A DNA stretch of 64,000 nt from Eledone cirrhosa (lineage: Eukaryota). Below are positions 61,968 through 64,000 of this stretch, piece after piece. The first letter of the stretch is position 1. Each line of letters opens with the position of its first letter. The notes under the pieces were generated by a model that made no database searches, was not told the origin of the DNA, and saw nothing but the letters and a program-made list of their open reading frames with translations. The stretch covers positions 258,850,001-258,914,000 of the forward strand of contig OZ024741.1 of the NCBI GenBank assembly GCA_964016885.1. Reading direction: 5' to 3'. A program made the position numbers and the translations under genes.

Positions 61968-64000
61968 CCGAAAGACTCGTAAGCCGAAACAGTCGTAAGC
62001 CGAAACACTCATAAGTCGAAACACTCGTAAGTCGAAACACACGTAAGCCGAAACACTGAAACACTCGTAAGCCGAAACACTCGTTAGTCGAAACACTCGT
62101 AAGCCGAAACACTCGTAAGCCGAAACACTCGTAAGCCGAAATACTCGTAGGTCAAAACATTCGTAAGCCGAAACACTCGTAAGTGGAAACACGCGTAAGC
62201 CGGAACACTCGTAAGTCGAAACACTCGTACGCCGAAACACTCGTAAGTCGGAGCACTCGTAAGTCGAAACACCGTAAGTCAAAACACTCGTAAGTCGAAA
62301 CACTCGTAAGCCAAAAATACTCGTAAGTCGAAACACCCTTAAGTCAAAACACTCGTAAGTCGAAACTCTCGTAAGCCGAAACACCCGTAAGTCAAAACAC
62401 CCGTAAGTCGAAACACTCGTAAGTCGAAACACTCGTACGCCGAAACACTCGTAAGTAAAAACATTAGTAAGTCGAAACACTCGTAAGCCGAAAGACTCGT
62501 AAGTCGAAACACTCGTAAGCCGAAGCACCCGTAAGTCAAAACATTCGTAAGTCAAAACACTCGTAAGTCGAAACACTCGTAAGTAGAAACACTCGTAAGT
62601 CAAATCTCTCGTACGCCGAAACACTCGTAAGTAAAAACATTAGTAAGTCGAAACACTCGTAAGCCGAAACACTCGTAAGCCGAAACACTCATAAGTCGAA
62701 ACACTCGTAAGTCGAAACACACGTAAGCCGAAACACTGAAACACTCGTAAGCCGAAACACTCGTAAGTCGAAACACTCGTAAGCCGAAACACTCGTAAGC
62801 CGAAACACTCGTAAGCCGAAATACTCGTAAGTCAAAACATTCGTAAGCCGAAACACTCGTAAGTGGAAACACGCGTAAGCCGGAACACTCGTAAGTCGAA
62901 ACACTCGTACGCCGAAACACTCGTAAGTCGGAACACCGTAAGTCAAAACACTCGTATGTCGAAACATCCGTAAATCAGAACACTCGTAAGTCGAAACACT
63001 CGTAAGCCGAAACACTCGTAAGTCGAAACACTCGTAAGCCGAAACACGCGTAAGTCAAAACACCCGTAAGTCGAAACACTCGTAAGTCGAAACACTCGTA
63101 AGCCGAAACACTCGTAAGTCGGAACACTCGTAAGTCGAAACACCGTAAGTCAAAACACTCGTAAGTCGAAACACTCGTAAGCCAAAAATAATCGTAAGTC
63201 GAAACACCCTTAAGTCAAAACACTCGTAAGTCGAAACTCTCGTAAGCCGAAACACCCGTAAGTCAAAACACCCGTAAGTCGAAACACTCGTGAGTCGAAA
63301 CACTCGTACGCCGAAACACTCGTAAGTAAAAACATTAGTAAGTCGAAACACTCGTAAGCCGAAAGACTCGTAAGTCGAAACACTCGTAAGCCGAAACACC
63401 CGTAAGTCAAAACATTCGTAAGTCAAAACACTCGTAAGTCGAAACACTCGTCAGTAGAAACACTCGTAAGTCAAATCTCTCGTACGCCGAAACACTCGTA
63501 AGTAAAAACATTAGTAAGTCGAAACACTCGTAAGCCGAAACACTCATAAGTCGAAACACTCGTAAGCCGAAACACCCGTAAGTCAAAACATTCGTAAGTC
63601 AAAACACTCGTAAGTCGAAACACCCGTAAGTCAAAACACTCGTATGTCGAAACACTCGTAAGCCGAAACAACGTAAGTAAAAACACTCGTACGTCGAAAC
63701 ACCCATAAGTCGAAACACTCGTAAGCCGAAACACTCGTAACTCGAAACACTCATAAGCCGAAACACTCGTAAGTCGGAACACTCGTAAATCAGAACACCC
63801 GCAAGTCAGAACACTCGTAAATCAGAACACTCTTAAGTCGAAACTCACGTAAGCCGAAACACTCGTAAGTCGAAACACTCGTAAGTCGAAACATCCTTCA
63901 GTCGAAACACTCGTACACCGAAACACTCGTAAGTATAAACATTAGTAAGTCGAAACACTCGTAAGCCGAAACACTCGTAAGTCGAAACACTCGTAAGTCG
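61968..64000. repeat. 16-bp minisatellite G(T/C)CGAAACACTCGTAA, expanded, with higher-order block duplications
   Basis: Period of 16. Variant blocks recur, e.g. CAAATCTCTCGTACG at ~62601 and ~63472. Confidence 0.95.

Larger units (their letters stand above)
60542..64000 (+). mobile_element. Two tandem units of a non-autonomous Helitron/Helentron-like element carrying a minisatellite. Unit junction near 61667.
   Basis: 60542-60900 is repeated at 61753-62110. Unit end ...ACAGACAGACATCCTCAGTTTTATATATATAGA is followed by the hairpin CTAGCAGAAAACC...GGTTTTCTGCTAG. Family assignment is from general resemblance only. Confidence 0.5.

Noticed and set aside
60609-63782. Repetitive ORFs (RVFRLTSVSTYECF) or CRISPR-like array
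   Set aside because: Translation of the 16-bp minisatellite, with no spacers.

Overview
Eukaryotic (animal) repeat-dense DNA with no recognisable host gene. The SINE/LINE tails and extreme (TA)n/(TG)n content suggest a cephalopod (Octopus-like) genome, but that is an inference. Most ORF-track entries (YI/CV/TH-rich) are translated microsatellite. The window holds a 37-bp satellite (1-5.7 kb), a 16-bp minisatellite in a Helitron-like unit (60.5-64 kb), one nearly intact CR1-group LINE, RTE fragments and a tRNA-derived SINE. It is dominated by Penelope-like retroelements (PLEs; RT plus C-terminal GIY-YIG) of several families inserted into (TA)n, one with an intact ORF (51869-54010). By eye I found about 20 type I hammerhead ribozyme (HHR) motifs, intact or degenerate. 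Highlights: a non-coding 421-bp tandem HHR repeat (retrozyme-like, predicted circular RNA) next to the intact PLE; other ~0.5-kb non-coding units with HHR or half-HHR motifs; a C-terminal-endonuclease PLE family with a ~70-aa insertion in the RT fingers; microsatellite carried as pLTR cargo; and recurrent fold-back hairpins at insertion junctions. Clade names come from motif recognition, not database searches, and coordinates were read manually.
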